Source of the DNA: the human T2T-CHM13v2.0 reference genome, Homo sapiens
NCBI RefSeq assembly: GCF_009914755.1
Contig: NC_060935.1
Reading direction: 5' to 3' (one strand)
DNA length: 64,000 nucleotides
Every line of letters starts with the position of its first letter. Positions within the stretch are counted from its first letter, which is position 1. Below, piece after piece: positions 60,459-64,000 of this stretch. The position numbers and the translations under genes were made by a program. The notes below the pieces were generated by a model. That model ran no database searches, had not been told where the DNA came from, and saw only the letters and a program-made list of their open reading frames with translations.

Positions 60459-61538
60459 TTATTTTTTAGTATGAAAATATACTTTATTGATAACCTGATT
60501 TTTCCCAAACATTTTTTTCATTGAGTCTTTTACATCTTTGTTCCTCAAACTGTAGATGACGGGATTCAGCAAGGGAATCACAATGGTGTAAAATATTGAC
60601 ACTATCATGTCATGGTCCGAAGCATAGCTGGAACTTGGTCTCACATACATGAAGAGGATTGTCCCATAATAAATTGACACTCCAGTTAGGTGAGCTCCAC
60701 ATGTGGAGAAGACTTTTCTCCTCCCTTCAGCAGAATACATCTTCAGAATGGCCAACAGAATCAAACCATAGGAGATCAGAACAATCAGGATAGTGACCAG
60801 CTCGATAGAGCCCACAAAGTAGAAGACTAGAAGCTGGTTTGTGTGAGTGTCAGAATAAGAAATAGCAAGGAGAGGAGGGATATCACAAAAGACACGCCTA
60901 ATTTCATTGGCTCCACAGAAGGATAGGCTAAATGTAGCCACTGTATGTATAGTAGCATGTAAAATGCCAGCAACATAGGAAGCATTGATGAGTGGCATGT
61001 AGACTCTGGGTGACATGCTCACTGAATACAGGAGAGGGTTGTAGATGGCTACATAGCGATCATAAGCCATTGCAGCCAAGAGAAAGCATTCTGTGGTTCC
61101 AAAACTACAAGCAAGAAACACCTGTGCTACACATCCAAGGAATGAAATGACTTTATTCTTTGTCGTAAAATCTACTAACATATTTGGGGTAATAACTGAG
61201 GAATAGCAGGCATCCACAGAAGACAACATACTCAGAAAATAGTACATGGGTTTGTGGAGCTGGGAATCCCTAATGACCAGTAAAATCAGTCCTAAATTTC
61301 CCATGAGAGTGAAGAGGTAGATTGCTAAAAACAGGAAGAAGAAGATAATCTGCAGTTCAAGATTGTCTGTGAAGCCCTTCAGTACAAATAAGGTAACTTC
61401 AGTGACATTCTTCATGTTGAAATCTAGAACAAACTTGAAGATATGCATAAAGTTACAGTTCATATTATGACAAAAAGAATGAACAACACCATGACTCAAG
61501 GGGATGTTAACTGTGCTCTTGTATATACTGTACGACAT
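60459..61538 (-). CDS. OR5T2: Olfactory receptor family 5 subfamily T member 2 (359-aa ORF; likely 318 aa from ATG 61415)
   Basis: Intact ORF with [23 protein letters not shown] and [16 protein letters not shown]; recognised as human OR5T2. The OR-typical start MKNVTEV (NVT sequon) is at 61415. Confidence 0.95.
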   Translation of the reverse strand: MSYSIYKSTVNIPLSHGVVHSFCHNMNCNFMHIFKFVLDFNMKNVTEVTLFVLKGFTDNLELQIIFFFLFLAIYLFTLMGNLGLILLVIRDSQLHKPMYYFLSMLSSVDACYSSVITPNMLVDFTTKNKVISFLGCVAQVFLACSFGTTECFLLAAMAYDRYVAIYNPLLYSVSMSPRVYMPLINASYVAGILHATIHTVATFSLSFCGANEIRRVFCDIPPLLAISYSDTHTNQLLVFYFVGSIELVTILIVLISYGLILLAILKMYSAEGRRKVFSTCGAHLTGVSIYYGTILFMYVRPSSSYASDHDMIVSIFYTIVIPLLNPVIYSLRNKDVKDSMKKMFGKNQVINKVYFHTKK

Positions 61539-63254
61539 ATATTCAGCAGTGCATAATTCTCTAGTAGTGAATCAGAAGACAGTGACAAACTGGTCAGCCA
61601 TGTGTTCATGCCACTCACTGCAGAATCAAATGGAAGAAATGGACGTTCATTAGTTGGCTGGACTTATTCTGTTTCTAAAATCATCAGGTCTACTGGTTAA
61701 TTTACCACTGAATTGTATTAAGCTGTTTATATATTAAATAATATTAAAACACACAAAAATGAGTGGCTTAAACAATCTTTGGGCATCCAAATACACAAGA
61801 GACTGTATCAGGGGACAGAGCATTGGAATACAATACCAGAATTTTAGAACTTGTAGCAATTGTGCAAAATGATTTGCTATATCTACTTGTCTATAGAATG
61901 AGAACATTAATAGTTTGTTCACAAGATTGGAGTAAATATTGAAGGAAAATTGCATTAATAAAATATAATATGTAAAATAATTTTGATTATAGAATATGCT
62001 GAATTAAGTTGGTTCTACATTCTATCAAGATTAAATCCAATGAACAGTTATGATTTTTTTCATCTGCTCATTCAAATGTCTCTGAATTATTCTTTGGAGA
62101 ATGAAGAAGTTTTGTGAATTACTTGATCATTTTATGCCAAAAATAAACATGCAAATTACCATGATTCCATTTTCTACATTACAATTGTCTTAATTTTGCT
62201 TTGTGCAAATAAGATACTTCAACCAAATTTCTTGTGAGACAGGCATTTCTACTAGATGCCAAAATAAGTTATATTGGGTAAAAATTAAGTTAATATTAGC
62301 ACATAGTCAAAGATTCAGAGTTATAAAGAGAAAATCACTATGATTCTTGAAGATTTAATAATATAGAATCAACTTTTTAAATTAATGCAAATCTATTTTT
62401 ATGAATCAAATTTTAATGGAAGGGAGAAAACTTTAAATATCGTGAATGTAATAACGAAACACTAAGTTTGCTAAATAACAGGCATTTATTTAGCACTTGC
62501 TGCAAGAACAGACATTTCTTGTACATTACCTTATTTCACCTTTATAGCAACTTTCATAGCTAACAATTTCCAGAGCCAAGATTCAATCCCAGGTTTCTCT
62601 CATTGTACATGAAATTTTTGCATTTTTTCATGGCCTCATAAATGGCTTCATTCTGCAACTGGAACACTCTTCCTCTTACCCCTCTGCTGACCTCAGGGAA
62701 ATAAAGGTAAAGCAAAACATGATTCTCGATGTATTTGTATTTTTTAAGCCATTAAATCTAGAGAAACATAAAATAAGTAGCAATCTGAAGTGACTTCTAG
62801 ATTATAAAGCCAGAAAATAAATTTAAAATAAGTATTGATTGTTTTCCTTATTACTTCAAAATACAAGACCCCAGATAAATGAATAAGTCAAATGTTTTTT
62901 TGCCCTTTGTTGATATTTATTGGTAAATTCATGACCTTTGAACTATCTTTATCTATAAGAAAAATACAAGCATATACTCTATTAGGAGCACTCTTATTTA
63001 TCTCTATAAGTACAAATACAATATTTTCTATTTTTTATTGTTTTCTAGTAAGTGTTGGATTTTAATTCTTAGGCATAACTCTAAATAAATCATATTTTGA
63101 TGAATACACTTGATTCACATATGTAATAGTCCAGAACTGAAGTGTTTAGTTCTTGGTGTTTAGCAGCTAAAAAGTTTAGTAAAAAAAAACATAGTTATTC
63201 TTGATATTGTAGGTTCTAGCTGCCGAAATATTCTTCAAATTATCTGAAATTTTC

Positions 63255-63385
63255 TCTTACCTGTGGAACAGCAAATGCAGATTTAGGTATTCTATGAATA
63301 TGGCTAACTTAGATTGTTTATATCTTTGTAATTGACTGTTGATGAAATCCAAGGAGATGTCCCAAGGGGAATATGCCCCAATTAT
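63255..63385 (-). promoter_or_regulatory. Candidate OR5T2 promoter and first non-coding exon
   Basis: O/E-like TCCCAAGGGGA at 63360-63370 flanked by homeodomain cores TAATTG (63329-63334) and CAATTA (63379-63384); strong minus-strand donor CAG|GTAAGA at 63261/63260. Confidence 0.5.
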
Positions 63386-63504
63386 CTTCTGTTTCAAAAT
63401 AGCACCATGATGATTTACTTAATAATAAAAAGTAAATGATTCCGGAATAAGGCACTGCATGCTCCTACTTATTGAATCAATAGAGTTCTTTGGCTTCTGT
63501 TTAA

Positions 63505-64000
63505 AATGTGTCAGATTTGAATTTCCCTGATGACTACTGATGTTGAACATCTTTTCATACATCTGAAGGCCATTTGTATGTCTTCTTTGGAAAAAAAATG
63601 TATTCAAGTCCTTTGCCAGTTTTAAAATAAGATTATTGTTATTGTGGCTATTGAATTTATATATTTTGATATTAATCCCCTATTAGATATATCATTTACA
63701 AATATTTTTTGTTTGGCTGATGGTTTTCTTCATTGTGCAGAAGATTTTGACTTTGACGTAGCCCTACTTGTCTAATTTTGGTTTTGTTACTTGGCTTTTT
63801 ATGTCATTGCTTGTATTTTTATGTTACATCCAACAAGTTACTGCCAAGCTGAAGGTCCTAAAGTTTTTCCTTATGTTTTCTTCTAGAAATTGTAGTTTCA
63901 GGTTTTATGTTTAAATTTTTAATCCATTTTGGGTTGGTTATTTTATATGGTATAAGACAAGGGTCCAATTTAATTCCCCATTGTGTATTCTTGGCACACT
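63505..64000 (-). mobile_element. L1MA-type ORF2 fragment, antisense (runs off the window)
   Basis: TTTCCCTGATGACTACTGATGTTGAACATCTTTTCATACATCTG...TTTTCTTCTAGAAATTGTAGTTTCAGG. Confidence 0.85.

Overview
Human (primate) genomic DNA from the class II olfactory receptor (OR) cluster at 11q11-q12.1; the locus is assigned from recognised proteins, not from a search. It is very AT-rich and mostly L1, ERV/LTR, Alu and DNA-transposon relics. There are four OR loci: intact OR5J2 (+, 4974-5912); an OR8K-like pseudogene with one in-frame TAG (probably OR8V1P; -, 16684-17643); OR8J2 carrying a codon-64 TGA allele (-, 39224-40171); and intact OR5T2 (-, 60459-61538). The ORF track misses a full-CDS processed pseudogene of the N-terminal acetyltransferase NAA50 (-, about 33472-34185). 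It lies antisense inside an ERV internal region and has no poly(A) tail or obvious target-site duplication (TSD). Other notable structures are a twin-primed (5'-inverted) L1 head-to-head with a full-length L1PA3/4, a compound MADE1 split by two Alus, candidate O/E + homeodomain OR promoters with 5' non-coding exons, and a MER21 LTR between the OR5T2 stop and an AATAAA. I found no CRISPR, tRNA or rRNA, and cannot support a genuinely new biological system. The best lead is the atypical NAA50 capture within the ERV. Repeat subfamily names come from recalled consensus motifs, and many boundaries are approximate.
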